A stretch of 55,366 nucleotides of DNA from a virus (IMGVR_UViG_3300034061_002140:1-55366), one strand, 5' to 3'. Shown: positions 23,978 through 33,454, counted from the stretch's first letter. Notes: generated by a model from the letters alone, not told the origin. A program made the numbers and translations.

Positions 23978-25987
23978 ATGATGACCACATCCGAGGTGTC
24001 TAGCTCACCAGGCGCCGTTGCCAACAGCGATTTCCTTCGCGAGTTGCTGCAGGCCGCTCCCAACGGCAGCGCCGTCTGGGTCAATGCGTTCATCGGCAAC
24101 CCCAACGGGTCCGACGCCAGTTGGCAGGGCAAGCCCTACAACGCGGCCACGATGGTTCAGGAGGTCGACTCCTGGTCACGCCAGAACACCTACTTCTCGG
24201 TCGCCGCCATGCGGCGCGACTCGGACGGCGAGCTGCACCGGCGCAAGTCTCACTTCGCTAAGCTGCTGGCCCTGGTGGCCGACGACGTCGAGCCGGCAGA
24301 TCTGCAGGGCACGCCAAGCTGGGGCATCGAGACCAGCCCCAACAAGCGACAGATCGGCATTTTGCTGGACAGGTCGGACCCGGACTGCAGCAACCTGGAC
24401 TTGGTCACCCGCGTCGTCACCGCGATGGCCGAGAAGGGCCTGATCAAGGCCGACAGGTCTGGCAACAACGCGGTGCGCTACGTGCGCCTGCCCACGGGGC
24501 AGAACCAGAAGCCACGCGACTCGGGCGCCTGGCAGGTGCAGGTCGAGTACTGGAACCCGGCGAACCGCTACAGCCTCGAGGACGCGGTCGGCATCTTCGG
24601 GCTGGACCTGGACGAGCTGCGCCAGCAAGCGGCCGAGCACCGGCCCACCAGCACCATGGTCGAGGGCGAGCAGGACGAGCGCCTGCGCGTGCTCACCGGC
24701 AACATCCTGCGCGGCGAGGCGCTGCACGACTCCATCAATGTGATGGCGGCCAGCCTGGTGGCCTCGGGCGCCAAGGGCGGTGCGGTGGTCAACATCCTGC
24801 GCGCCATGATGGAGTCGAGCTCCGCGGCCAGAGACGACCGGTGGGCGCAGCGCTACCAGGACATCCCACGCAGCGTGGCCACCGCGGAGCAGAAGTTCCG
24901 CCTGCCGCCGCCACCTGTGGCCCAGGTGGTCGACCCCGAGACGGGTGAGCTCATCGATCAGCCGATCTTCACCCCCGTCTGGCAGCTCCTGTCTGACATC
25001 AAGCAGATCAAGTGGGTCATCGAGGGCTACCTCGAGCAGGACGCGCTGGCCATGGTGTTCGGGCCATCAGGCGTGGGCAAGAGCTTCGTCGTGGTCGACT
25101 GGGCCTGCTGCGTGGCCACGGGCACACCCTGGCACGGCAACGCGGTGGAGCCAGGCGCGGTGTTCTACATCGCGGGCGAGGGCCACAACGGACTGACCCG
25201 GCGCTTCGCGGGCTGGAGCAAGGCCCGCGGGAAGGCCATCACCAAGGACACCCCGCTCTTCAAGAGCAACCACGCCATCTTGCTGCTGAACCAGGCCGAG
25301 GCGGACAAGCTGGCCGCAGAGATCGAGCGCATGGCGGCCGCCACCGGCCAGGCCCCGCGACTGATCATGGTCGACACCCTGGCGCGCAACTTCGGCCCCG
25401 GCGACGAGAACAAGCAGGAAGACGCCAACGCATTCATCGCGGCCGTCGACCGGCTGCGGCGTCAATGGAACTGCACGATCATCATCGTCCACCACTCTGG
25501 ACACGACATGGACCGCGCCCGCGGCTCGAGCGTGTTCAAGGCCGCCATGGACCAGGAGATCGCGATCAAGGGCGGCAACGGCAAGCTGGAGGTCATCTGC
25601 ACCAAGATGAAGGACGCCGAGGCGCCGGCAGCCCGTGCCTTCAGGATCGTCCAGATGGGACTGGGGTTCCGCGACGACGCAGACGTCGAGATCCTCGGCG
25701 CAGCCCTGGAAGTCGACGGCAACCCGCTCGAGTTCAAGGTCGGCACCACCACCGCTGGCCAGCCCGTCACCGCCCTGCAGGTCGTCAAGGCGATCTACCC
25801 GCAGTGGCCAGGCACCCCCGGCCTGTGCTCCATCCTGGGCTGCTCCGAGCGCTCCATCAGCCGCCTCATGAAGGCCATGGGGGACAACGGCCTGGCTGTC
25901 AGATCCAAGTCAGGAAAGGGCTGGGAAGCGTCCGAAAAGGCGGTCAACGAGCTGTCCATGACGGGAGCGCTGCTGCTTAAAAATTAA
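23978..25987 (+). CDS. Primase-helicase fusion (RepB-primase-like N-terminus + RepA/AAA_25 helicase)
   Basis: LVADD, IETSP..RQ, RYVRLP.G.N.K primase motifs; GPSGVGKS, YIAGEG, MVDTLAR, VHHSG..ARGSS helicase motifs. Confidence 0.88.
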   Translation: MMTTSEVSSSPGAVANSDFLRELLQAAPNGSAVWVNAFIGNPNGSDASWQGKPYNAATMVQEVDSWSRQNTYFSVAAMRRDSDGELHRRKSHFAKLLALVADDVEPADLQGTPSWGIETSPNKRQIGILLDRSDPDCSNLDLVTRVVTAMAEKGLIKADRSGNNAVRYVRLPTGQNQKPRDSGAWQVQVEYWNPANRYSLEDAVGIFGLDLDELRQQAAEHRPTSTMVEGEQDERLRVLTGNILRGEALHDSINVMAASLVASGAKGGAVVNILRAMMESSSAARDDRWAQRYQDIPRSVATAEQKFRLPPPPVAQVVDPETGELIDQPIFTPVWQLLSDIKQIKWVIEGYLEQDALAMVFGPSGVGKSFVVVDWACCVATGTPWHGNAVEPGAVFYIAGEGHNGLTRRFAGWSKARGKAITKDTPLFKSNHAILLLNQAEADKLAAEIERMAAATGQAPRLIMVDTLARNFGPGDENKQEDANAFIAAVDRLRRQWNCTIIIVHHSGHDMDRARGSSVFKAAMDQEIAIKGGNGKLEVICTKMKDAEAPAARAFRIVQMGLGFRDDADVEILGAALEVDGNPLEFKVGTTTAGQPVTALQVVKAIYPQWPGTPGLCSILGCSERSISRLMKAMGDNGLAVRSKSGKGWEASEKAVNELSMTGALLLKN

Positions 25988-25993
25988 GCAAAT

Positions 25994-26210
25994 CATCTCG
26001 CCAATGTCTTGGCGAGATGTGATATTTCGATCTCGCCAGCGTCTTGGCGAGACGTGGCGAGACGAGGAAAAAATGAACGTAAGTGCTTGTCAGCAAACAC
26101 AAATCATCTCGCCAGCTCTTTGGCGAGATGTTGGCGGGATCATCTCGCCAACTCGCCACACCCTTAAGGGGTGGCGAGATGTTGGCGGGCAGGCCTTTTG
26201 AGCCCGCCAA
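25994..26210. repeat. Inverted-repeat (iteron-like) array, putative replication origin
   Basis: About 12-13 copies of TGGCG(A/G)G / C(T/C)CGCCA in both orientations directly after the primase-helicase stop. Confidence 0.75.
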
Positions 26211-26268
26211 ACTGCTCAAAAATGAGGCAACTCAAGGTCTGACCGGAAATAGGTTAGCAGTCACTAAC

Positions 26269-26712
26269 ATGACCCAGACGATTACCCTTGAACTGCCGTA
26301 TCCGCCCACCGGCAATCACGCAACGAAGCACACCCGCACCGGCGGGCACTACAAGACGGCCGAGACCGTGGCGTATCGGGCCGCTGTGCTGCGATTGCTG
26401 GCCGGGATGGGGCTGGGTAAGGGTATGGCCAGAAAATCGATCCTGGGGCCTCTGGCGGGTCCGTTGAAGGCGTCTTGGGTCATCGCCCCACCCGACCACC
26501 GGGCCAGAGACCTCGACAACGTGCGCAAGGAAGCAGCCGATGCGCTCACCCTGGCCGGCCTGTGGGTCGACGACTCGTGCAAGGTGCTCCGCCAGGAGAC
26601 CTTCGAGTGGGTGCCGCCCGAGCCGGGCGGGAAGGTGCTGCTGACGGTCGAAACGCTGAGCAACTGTACAGGCGTACAGTCTGGGATTTATGACTGCAAA
26701 AAACGTGCCTGA
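26269..26712 (+). CDS. rusA: RusA-family Holliday junction resolvase
   Basis: LELPYPPTGN, PPDHRARDLDNVRK..DAL..AG..DDS; ATG at 26269. Confidence 0.85.
   Translation: MTQTITLELPYPPTGNHATKHTRTGGHYKTAETVAYRAAVLRLLAGMGLGKGMARKSILGPLAGPLKASWVIAPPDHRARDLDNVRKEAADALTLAGLWVDDSCKVLRQETFEWVPPEPGGKVLLTVETLSNCTGVQSGIYDCKKRA
26663..26680. promoter_or_regulatory. Putative LexA (SOS) box
   Basis: ACTGTACAGGCGTACAGT = CTGT-N8-ACAG with 7-bp perfect arms, ending 9 nt before the Q-like start codon. Confidence 0.6.
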
Positions 26713-27043
26713 TTGGGTCAACGAGTTGCTGCAGGTCTGGGCCGGCGGCGATTGGGGGCAGGCCAGACGGGATCTGGGCTACCCGAGCGTGTCGCCAATG
26801 TTCCGCGGCGTGGCCGACTCGGCCGAGGAACTCGAGGTCACCGGCTACAGCCCGCTGGAGGTGCGGGCGGTGCAGGCTGCGGTGGACTGGCTGCACGTCG
26901 TGCATGAGCCGCACTGGCGGGCGCTGACCCGCAGATGGCGCCCGTGGCTGCGAGACAGCCTGGCGGCCAGCCCGGACGAAGACCGACTGGTGCGCGAGGC
27001 CGCGCAGATGATCGCCGCCTATGTTGACAAAACTCTGGGGTGA
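26690..27043 (+). CDS. Putative late-gene antiterminator (Q-like)
   Basis: ELLQVW...W......LGYPSVSPMF pattern and position after rusA as in lambdoid Q genes; short, C-terminal HTH not obvious. Confidence 0.55.
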   Translation: MTAKNVPDWVNELLQVWAGGDWGQARRDLGYPSVSPMFRGVADSAEELEVTGYSPLEVRAVQAAVDWLHVVHEPHWRALTRRWRPWLRDSLAASPDEDRLVREAAQMIAAYVDKTLG

Positions 27044-27106
27044 TTGGCTGGCGCCGGCATATAGGCATTGTGATAATCGGGACTTCATCAACTCATGGAG
27101 ACGACC

Positions 27107-27295
27107 ATGATTTTTTGGCGCAACTTGTTTCGCACACCGTCGCCCGAGATGCTCGCCGCACGCGAGCTCGATCAGGCCCGTCGCTCGCTGCTGGAGGCTC
27201 ACTCCGCGGCCGAGTACGCCGACAGCATGATCTCCTACCACCAGGCGCGCATCGAGCGGCTGAACGAGTTCCTGGCGCAGGAGCGCGCATCGTGA
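27107..27295 (+). CDS. Hypothetical protein
   Basis: RBS GGAG before ATG 27107. Confidence 0.7.
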   Translation: MIFWRNLFRTPSPEMLAARELDQARRSLLEAHSAAEYADSMISYHQARIERLNEFLAQERAS

Positions 27296-27495
27296 GGCCG
27301 GGCTGCAATGGACCGTGCCAGCAGGGCAGGGTGAGTTGCCCGACGCCGGAGGCGTGCGAGGTTGATGCTGAAGAGCCCAGCTTCTACGGCCGCGAGCACT
27401 GGCGCGAGGTGCTGACCGATGCGGCGCTGACGGCCTGCGTCGCAGCTTTGGTGATGTTGGCGGCCGTGGTGGTGGTCTCGAGGTGCGCGGCATGA
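27292..27495 (+). CDS. Small Cys-rich membrane protein
   Basis: C..PCQQGR..CPTPEAC followed by a hydrophobic helix; GTGA overlap. Confidence 0.65.
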   Translation: MRPGCNGPCQQGRVSCPTPEACEVDAEEPSFYGREHWREVLTDAALTACVAALVMLAAVVVVSRCAA

Positions 27496-27692
27496 CCGTC
27501 AAGCTCACCAGCGACCGCAGTGCAGCAGTCGACCAGGAGTACTTCTGGCGCCCGATGCAGACCTGCCCGGTGAGCACCAAGGTCCAGCTCCTGGGCCGTG
27601 GTGGCGTGGCCGTCTACGGCGCCTGGGACGGCAAGTCCGACTGGTGGCGCGGCTGGGCACCCTTGCCCAAGCGACCGGAGGGCATGCAGTGA
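27492..27692 (+). CDS. Hypothetical protein (DUF551-like)
   Basis: W.PM.TCP...KVQLL..GGVAVYG......W.GWAPLP. Confidence 0.7.
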   Translation: MTVKLTSDRSAAVDQEYFWRPMQTCPVSTKVQLLGRGGVAVYGAWDGKSDWWRGWAPLPKRPEGMQ

Positions 27693-27835
27693 AGCGCGAC
27701 GACCGCAACCCGCCCGACAGCACGCGCCGCCGCTGCAGCAAGTGCCAGCAGAACCGTCCGTCTTTTGGCGGCAGGACCAACAAGATCACCAGGCTGTGGC
27801 GCTGCGTCACCTGCCTGTCCGAAGTCAAGCCATGA
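27689..27835 (+). CDS. Small Zn-ribbon protein
   Basis: CSKC..GG..RLWRCVTC; GTGA/ATGA overlaps. Confidence 0.65.
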   Translation: MKRDDRNPPDSTRRRCSKCQQNRPSFGGRTNKITRLWRCVTCLSEVKP

Positions 27836-28170
27836 AGCCTTCATTCGCGGAGATCCGCGGCGTGCTGGAGTGCTGCGGACCCCTCACCATGAGGGAGGTC
27901 GCGCAGTTCTTCCCCGACGTCGACTACCGCCGCATCTCCTGCTTCCTGACCGCCATGCGCCTGACCGTCGTGACCAAGCAGGTCTACATCCAGTCCTGGA
28001 CGATGGAAGGCATCGGACGGCCATACCCGCGCCCGGTCTACGCGCTGGGCAACAAGCCCGACGCACGCAAGCCCAAGCCGATGAACAACGCCGAGCGCCA
28101 GCGCCGCGCACGCGCCAGGCTCAAGCCGCCAGCGCTGCCCAACAGCGTGTTCGCCTGGAGGCCTGCATGA
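27832..28170 (+). CDS. Putative winged-helix DNA-binding protein
   Basis: GPLTMREVA..VYIQSW..PRPVYALG..PDA.KP. Confidence 0.65.
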   Translation: MKPSFAEIRGVLECCGPLTMREVAQFFPDVDYRRISCFLTAMRLTVVTKQVYIQSWTMEGIGRPYPRPVYALGNKPDARKPKPMNNAERQRRARARLKPPALPNSVFAWRPA

Positions 28171-28403
28171 GCATCGTCACACCCGTGTGCGTGTTCTTCG
28201 CCACCAACCCTGACGAGGAGCTGACCAGCGAGGACATCGGCATCAAGTGGGGCGTCGACCCGAACAACGTCGGCAAGTCGCTGCGCTACGCCGAGCACAA
28301 GGGCTGGGTGCAGTCGACCAAGAAGCCCAACCCCTCAAGGCCCAGCAAGCAGATCCTGTTCTACACCGCAGGCCCGCGCCTGCTCAAGGAGATCGGTCAA
28401 TGA
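28167..28403 (+). CDS. Putative winged-helix protein
   Basis: FFATNPDEELTSEDIGIKW..Y.AGP. Confidence 0.65.
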   Translation: MSIVTPVCVFFATNPDEELTSEDIGIKWGVDPNNVGKSLRYAEHKGWVQSTKKPNPSRPSKQILFYTAGPRLLKEIGQ

Positions 28404-28588
28404 CCATCTACAGCAACGTCAAAGACACCACGATGCGCCAGCCTGCGGGCAGCTCCGGGCTGGCCTTTCGCAAGTCGTGCTCGGCCTGCGGCCAGCACAA
28501 GGAGATCCGCGGCGGTTCGATCTTTAGCCGACTGCGCCTGTGGCGCTGCGCGGCCTGCACCGACAAGTCGAGGAGCAAAGATGAGTGA
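28400..28588 (+). CDS. Small Zn-ribbon protein
   Basis: CSAC..GG..RLWRCAAC; ATG at 28400. Confidence 0.65.
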   Translation: MTIYSNVKDTTMRQPAGSSGLAFRKSCSACGQHKEIRGGSIFSRLRLWRCAACTDKSRSKDE

Positions 28589-28805
28589 CTTGAGAACCGC
28601 CGCCCAGAAGATGCTGCGGGACATTGAGGATGGCCTGCCATTTGAGCATCTGGACGACGTGTCGGCGCCATTGTTGCGCGCCGCGCTGGCGCATCCCGAG
28701 CGCCACCTCACCGACGAGGTCATCGCCGACCTCTGGCACCAAAACGGCGGCTTCCACCACCACTTCGCCAGGCACATCGAGCGATGGCTCAAGGGCGGCG
28801 CATGA
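28581..28805 (+). CDS. Hypothetical protein
   Basis: RBS GAGGAG; LTDEVI..FARHIE. Confidence 0.7.
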   Translation: MSDLRTAAQKMLRDIEDGLPFEHLDDVSAPLLRAALAHPERHLTDEVIADLWHQNGGFHHHFARHIERWLKGGA

Positions 28806-29071
28806 AAGAACTCCGCATCCGCGACGTCCGCACGACGGACAGGGAGCGCGAGAAGATGCGCAACCAGATGCGCAGACGCCGCGCCAAACACGGCTGGACC
28901 TCCCTGCAGGTCGACCTGGACATCGACGCCGCAGCCTGCCTGCTCTACCTGCAAAAGCAGTGGGGCTTCCCCTCCAGGCGCGCCGCAGTGCAGGTCTCGC
29001 TGCAGTACCTCGCCAAGCAGACCCGCCTCGGTCTCAGGGAGATCAAGCTGGGATTCGACCCAGAGGATTGA
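28802..29071 (+). CDS. Basic hypothetical protein (possibly ribbon-helix-helix-like)
   Basis: ATGA-coupled; Arg-rich N-terminus. Confidence 0.65.
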   Translation: MKELRIRDVRTTDREREKMRNQMRRRRAKHGWTSLQVDLDIDAAACLLYLQKQWGFPSRRAAVQVSLQYLAKQTRLGLREIKLGFDPED

Positions 29072-29095
29072 CAGCAAGTATGTCAATGCTATAGT
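29068..29095 (+). promoter_or_regulatory. Late promoter 1 (pR'-like): TTGACA-16-TATAGT
   Basis: Consensus -35, near-consensus -10, upstream of terminase genes. Confidence 0.8.
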
Positions 29096-29126
29096 CCCCG
29101 CCGGGGCAGTCCGTCCCACCGATTCC

Positions 29127-29157
29127 AAGCCCGCCACCCGGCGGGCTTTTCACTTTT
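29127..29157 (+). terminator. Intrinsic terminator in leader of terminase operon
   Basis: AAGCCCGCC-ACCC-GGCGGGCTT-TTCACTTTT. Confidence 0.8.
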
Positions 29158-29224
29158 GGGCCCGGCCAACCTGAGCCGGTGTCCGTCTCCCATCGAGGAG
29201 GGGCGGCTCGGGCCCATCTACGTT

Positions 29225-29689
29225 ATGACTGAGACGCCAAAGAAGTTCACCGGCAAGCCCCACGGCAAGTGGGGAAAGCTCGACGCAGCCCTGCGGCCGC
29301 ACGTCGATGCCATGCTGGCCCTCTACATCGAGGGCATGTCCATGCGCCAGATCGTCGAGCAGCTCCAGCTCAACGTGACGGCCTCCTCGGCCCGCAACTA
29401 CCTGAGCATCCACCACCCCGAGGACTACGACCGGGCGATGATCGAGCGCGCCCACGAGATGGTCGAGCGCAACGCCGAGGACGCCTCCATTGCCTCAGCC
29501 AACGGTGACTCATCCGGCCTGAAGACCGCCATCGAGACCCGCTTCAAGCTGGCCGCGCTGTATGCGCCAGACACGTATGGGGACCGCAAGCGGGTGGAGC
29601 TCACCGGCAAGGACGGCGGGTCCATCAAGCTCGAGGCGCTGTCCGATGACGCGCTGCTGAAGATCGCCGCCCAGGGGGCCGCCGAGTGA
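29225..29689 (+). CDS. terS: Terminase small subunit
   Basis: N-terminal HTH (EGMSMRQI), YDRA, P..YGDR..VELTGKDGG; immediately upstream of TerL; start approximate. Confidence 0.82.
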   Translation: MTETPKKFTGKPHGKWGKLDAALRPHVDAMLALYIEGMSMRQIVEQLQLNVTASSARNYLSIHHPEDYDRAMIERAHEMVERNAEDASIASANGDSSGLKTAIETRFKLAALYAPDTYGDRKRVELTGKDGGSIKLEALSDDALLKIAAQGAAE

Positions 29690-31170
29690 TCAGCCCGGCT
29701 GCAGCCGCTGCCGAACTGCTGTCCCGCCGCAAGGCCAGGGCGTCGTTTACCGGCTACTGCGAGTACCGGCTGCCGCCGGACCAGAAGATGGCCGCGCACC
29801 ACCACCTGCTGGCCGATGCGCTGGACGAGGTGGAGCGCGGCGAGTGCGATCGCCTGCTGGTGATGATGCCGCCAGGCTCAGCCAAGTCCACCTACGGGTC
29901 GGTCTACTTCGCCGAGTACTTCGTCGGGCGCAACCCCCAGCTCAGCGTCATCGCAGCCAGCCACACCGCGGAGCTCGCTGAGCGGTTCGGCCGCCGGGTG
30001 CGCAACGGCGTGGCAGACCAGCAGTTCAAGACCCTGTTCAACGTCGAGCTCGCAGCCGACTCCACGGCCGCTGGCCGTTGGTCGACGAACCATGGCGGCG
30101 AGTACACCGCAGTGGGCGTGGGCGGATCCGTCACCGGCCGCCGCGGCGACCTGATCATCGTCGACGACCCGGTGCGCAGCCGCGAGGACGCCGACAGTGA
30201 GCGCATCCGCGAGAAGACCTGGGACTGGTGGGTCAACGACCTGATGACCCGCGGCAAGCCCGGCTGCCGCATGGTGGTTATTGGCACGAGGTGGCACGAG
30301 GACGACCTGCAGGGCCGCCTGCTCGAGCGCGAGCCCGAGAAGTGGCGCGTCATCAAGCTGCCGATGATCGCGGGCGAAAACGACCCGCTCAAGCGCAAGC
30401 CCGGTGAGCGCCTGTGGCACGAGTGGTTCACCGACGAGATGGTGCAGCAGGCGCAGGCCGACCCGCGCTCGTGGATCTCGCTGTACCAGCAAGAGCCCAG
30501 GCCGACTGAGGGCGCGGAGTTCCGCCGCTCGTGGATCTGCCGGTACAACGACAAGCCCACGAAGTCGAACAAGGTCATCCTCGTCGACCCTGCTGGCGAC
30601 CCGATGAACAAGAGCGGGGGCAAGCGCAAGCTGTCCGACCGCACCGTGATGTGGGTGGTCGCCCTGGCGCCTGACCAGAACGCCTACATCGTCGACGGCA
30701 TTATCGACCGGCTGAACCTGACGCAGCGCGTGGACCGCTTGTTTGAGCTCCACCGCAAGCACAAGCCCATGCAGGTGCGCTACGAGCGCTACGGGATGAT
30801 GGGCGACGTCGAGGCGATCCGCGCCGAGCAGGAGCGCCGGCAGTACCGATTCAAGGTCACCGAGGTGGCTGGTGCGGTTGAGAAGAACGCCCGCATCCGC
30901 CGGCTGATCCCCTGGTTTGAGGGCGGGCGCATCTGGTTTCCGCAGCAGCTCAAGTACACCGACGTGCAGGAGCGCGAGCACGACCTGATCCAGGAGCTGG
31001 TCGAGGTCGAGTACGCCACGTTCCCGGTGGGTCGGTTCGATGACGGCATGGACTGCCTTGCCCGCTTGGCTGAGCCCACGCTGATGCTGCCCTGGCCCGA
31101 TGACGAGATGGACATGCCTGCGGGCGCGCAGGCCGCCTGGGCCGTGATGGACGAAGTGGCCGGCTATTGA
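29686..31170 (+). CDS. terL: Terminase large subunit
   Basis: MPPGSAKST, TGRRGDLIIVDDP, TRWHEDDL, LYQQEP, VDPA, FP.GRFDDGMD. Confidence 0.95.
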   Translation: MISPAAAAAELLSRRKARASFTGYCEYRLPPDQKMAAHHHLLADALDEVERGECDRLLVMMPPGSAKSTYGSVYFAEYFVGRNPQLSVIAASHTAELAERFGRRVRNGVADQQFKTLFNVELAADSTAAGRWSTNHGGEYTAVGVGGSVTGRRGDLIIVDDPVRSREDADSERIREKTWDWWVNDLMTRGKPGCRMVVIGTRWHEDDLQGRLLEREPEKWRVIKLPMIAGENDPLKRKPGERLWHEWFTDEMVQQAQADPRSWISLYQQEPRPTEGAEFRRSWICRYNDKPTKSNKVILVDPAGDPMNKSGGKRKLSDRTVMWVVALAPDQNAYIVDGIIDRLNLTQRVDRLFELHRKHKPMQVRYERYGMMGDVEAIRAEQERRQYRFKVTEVAGAVEKNARIRRLIPWFEGGRIWFPQQLKYTDVQEREHDLIQELVEVEYATFPVGRFDDGMDCLARLAEPTLMLPWPDDEMDMPAGAQAAWAVMDEVAGY

Positions 31171-31179
31171 GGAAACACC

Positions 31180-33408
31180 ATGGACCCCAAAGACATCCCC
31201 CAAGACGTTGCCATCATGGTCGGCGATCAGCTCATGACGCCCGACCAGTTCGAGGCCATGAAGCGCTCCGAGGTCGAGCGCATGCAGGGCCTGTTCGTGC
31301 AGATGCGCGACAAGTGGGTCCAGCACCGCGCCCAGTCCGGCGTCGAGCGCCGCTGGCGCAAGGCCACCGACCTGTACTTCGGGGAGCGCGAGGAGTCCGA
31401 CAACGCACTCGAGTCCACGCTGCGCAACGGCCCGCCCGCCCGCAAGGTGGCTGATGGCAACCGCTCCCGCGTGGTCGTCAACATCGTGCGGCCCAAGGTG
31501 GACCAGGCCACCGCCAGGATGTGCGAGATCCTGTTCCCGGTGGACGACCGCAACTGGGCGATCAAGCCCACGCCGCTGCCCGAGATGGCCGAGCGGGTGG
31601 GCGACAAGCGCGCCACGGTCGACCCGGCCACCGGGCAGCCCACCGGGCTGACTGCGGACCAAGAGGTCAAGGTCATCCTCGAGGCGGCGCAGCAGGCCGC
31701 CGAGGGCATGCAGCGCGCCATCGACGACAACCTGACCGAGTGCGGCTACAACAGCCAGGGCCGCAAGATGGTCGAGGACGGCGTGCGCCTGGGCACCGGC
31801 ATCCTGTTCGGGCCCTTCCCGTCGCGCACCTCCAGCAAGGTCTGGCTGCCTCAGCCCGACGGCACGCAGGTCATGGAGATCAACGAGGGCATCGCCCCCG
31901 CGTCCGAGCGCGTGGACCCGTGGGACGTGTTCTTCGACCCGTCGTGCGGCAACGACCACCAGGCCGGCCGCGGCGTGTTCCGCCGGCGCATGGTCAACCG
32001 CAAGGCGCTGCGCAAGCTGGTGGGCCTGCCCGGCTACGACGCCGACGCCATCCGCGAGGTGCTGCGCTCGGAGCCCAGGTGCATCCGCGTGGCTGAGGGG
32101 CGCATCACCCGCCAGCCGCTGTACGACGACAGCTACGAGCTGTGGGAGTACCACGGCGAGGTCGAGCCCGACGAGATGGAGGCGCTGTCCGAGCGCACCG
32201 GTGACCCGCTGACCGACGTCGACTTCGGCGTGCTGGTGATGGTCAACGACAAGGTGATCGGCGCGCTGCCGTCGTGGGTGGCTGACAAGACCCTGCCGTG
32301 TGACGTCTGGTGCTGGCGCAAGGCCGACGACTCCCCCTGCGGCTACGGGCTGCCCGACGAGCTCGAGCACCAGCAGCGGGTGGTCAACGCCGCCTGGCGT
32401 CAGGTCATGGACAACGGCCGCAACACCATGGGCGGCCAGATCGTCATGAAGAAGGGCATGATCGTCCCGGTCAACAACAGCTACGAGATCACGCCCAACA
32501 AGATCTGGCTGGCCAAGGACGAGCTCGACGACGTGCGCTCGGCCTTCAGCGTCTTCGAGTTCAACAGCCACCTCGAGGAGCTGCTGGGCGTGGCCAACGC
32601 CGCGATGACGTTCGCCGACCAGGAGTCCAGCATGCCGCAGATCCTGGGCGGCCAGCAGGGCAGTGCGCCCGAGACCGTGGGCGGCATGGTCATGCTCTAC
32701 AACAACGCCAGCGGCGTGCTGCGCCAGCGGGTGAAGCTGTACGACGACAGCGTCACGCGGCCGCACATCGCCCGGTACTACGACTGGCACATGGCCAACA
32801 ACGAAGACCCGGCCATCAAGGGCGACTACGAGGTCGACGCCCGCGGCAGCACCGCCCTGGTGGAGCGCGACATCCAGAACCAGGCGCTGCTGAACCTCGC
32901 CAACATCACCAACAACCCGCGCTACATCCCGCATCTCAAGGAGCGCGAGGAGCTCAAGGCGATCCTGAAGGCCTTCAAGGTCAACCCCGAGGAGTTGATG
33001 AAGGACGAGGAGACCGTGCAGCAGGAGATTGAGGCCCAGGCCCAGCAGGGCATGCCCGAGGATCCGCGCATGGTGTCGGCCCAGATGCAACTGCAGGCCA
33101 AGCAGCTCGAGCTCGAGGACCGCAAGGAGCAGCGCGCATTCGAGCAGGCTCGCAACGAGTCCGACATGCAACTGCGCCGGGAGACGCTGGCCTACAACAC
33201 CGCCCGCGAGCAGTCCGAGGCCGAGATCGCATCGGTGGACGCTCAGCTCTCCCGCGAGATCGCGATCGCCAAGATGCAGCAGGACGGCCAGATCACCCGC
33301 GAGGAGATGGAGTCCAAGTCGCGCCTGGAGCTGATCAAGATCTCCGACCAGCGCGAGCGGTTCAACGCCGAGGCGATGCTGCGCGTGCGCACCGGCCAAG
33401 GCATCTGA
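31180..33408 (+). CDS. Portal protein
   Basis: 742 aa after TerL; NIVRPK, DG..LGTGI, PWDVFFDP, ET.GGM.ML; Q/E-rich C-terminal coiled coil like P22-type portal barrels. Confidence 0.88.
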   Translation: MDPKDIPQDVAIMVGDQLMTPDQFEAMKRSEVERMQGLFVQMRDKWVQHRAQSGVERRWRKATDLYFGEREESDNALESTLRNGPPARKVADGNRSRVVVNIVRPKVDQATARMCEILFPVDDRNWAIKPTPLPEMAERVGDKRATVDPATGQPTGLTADQEVKVILEAAQQAAEGMQRAIDDNLTECGYNSQGRKMVEDGVRLGTGILFGPFPSRTSSKVWLPQPDGTQVMEINEGIAPASERVDPWDVFFDPSCGNDHQAGRGVFRRRMVNRKALRKLVGLPGYDADAIREVLRSEPRCIRVAEGRITRQPLYDDSYELWEYHGEVEPDEMEALSERTGDPLTDVDFGVLVMVNDKVIGALPSWVADKTLPCDVWCWRKADDSPCGYGLPDELEHQQRVVNAAWRQVMDNGRNTMGGQIVMKKGMIVPVNNSYEITPNKIWLAKDELDDVRSAFSVFEFNSHLEELLGVANAAMTFADQESSMPQILGGQQGSAPETVGGMVMLYNNASGVLRQRVKLYDDSVTRPHIARYYDWHMANNEDPAIKGDYEVDARGSTALVERDIQNQALLNLANITNNPRYIPHLKEREELKAILKAFKVNPEELMKDEETVQQEIEAQAQQGMPEDPRMVSAQMQLQAKQLELEDRKEQRAFEQARNESDMQLRRETLAYNTAREQSEAEIASVDAQLSREIAIAKMQQDGQITREEMESKSRLELIKISDQRERFNAEAMLRVRTGQGI

Positions 33409-33454
33409 AGAATTATCACAATACAATTACCCGACGAGGTAGGAAGGAAAAATC

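Noticed and set aside
25994-26210. CRISPR or guide-RNA array
   Set aside because: Short motifs in both orientations with irregular spacing, no repeat-spacer periodicity and no cas or other effector genes
29878-33426. 1182-aa antisense ORF (also 8209-10422, 16049-17599, 53769-55313 and similar)
   Set aside because: Shadow frames of real genes in high-GC DNA; no RBS or recognisable motifs
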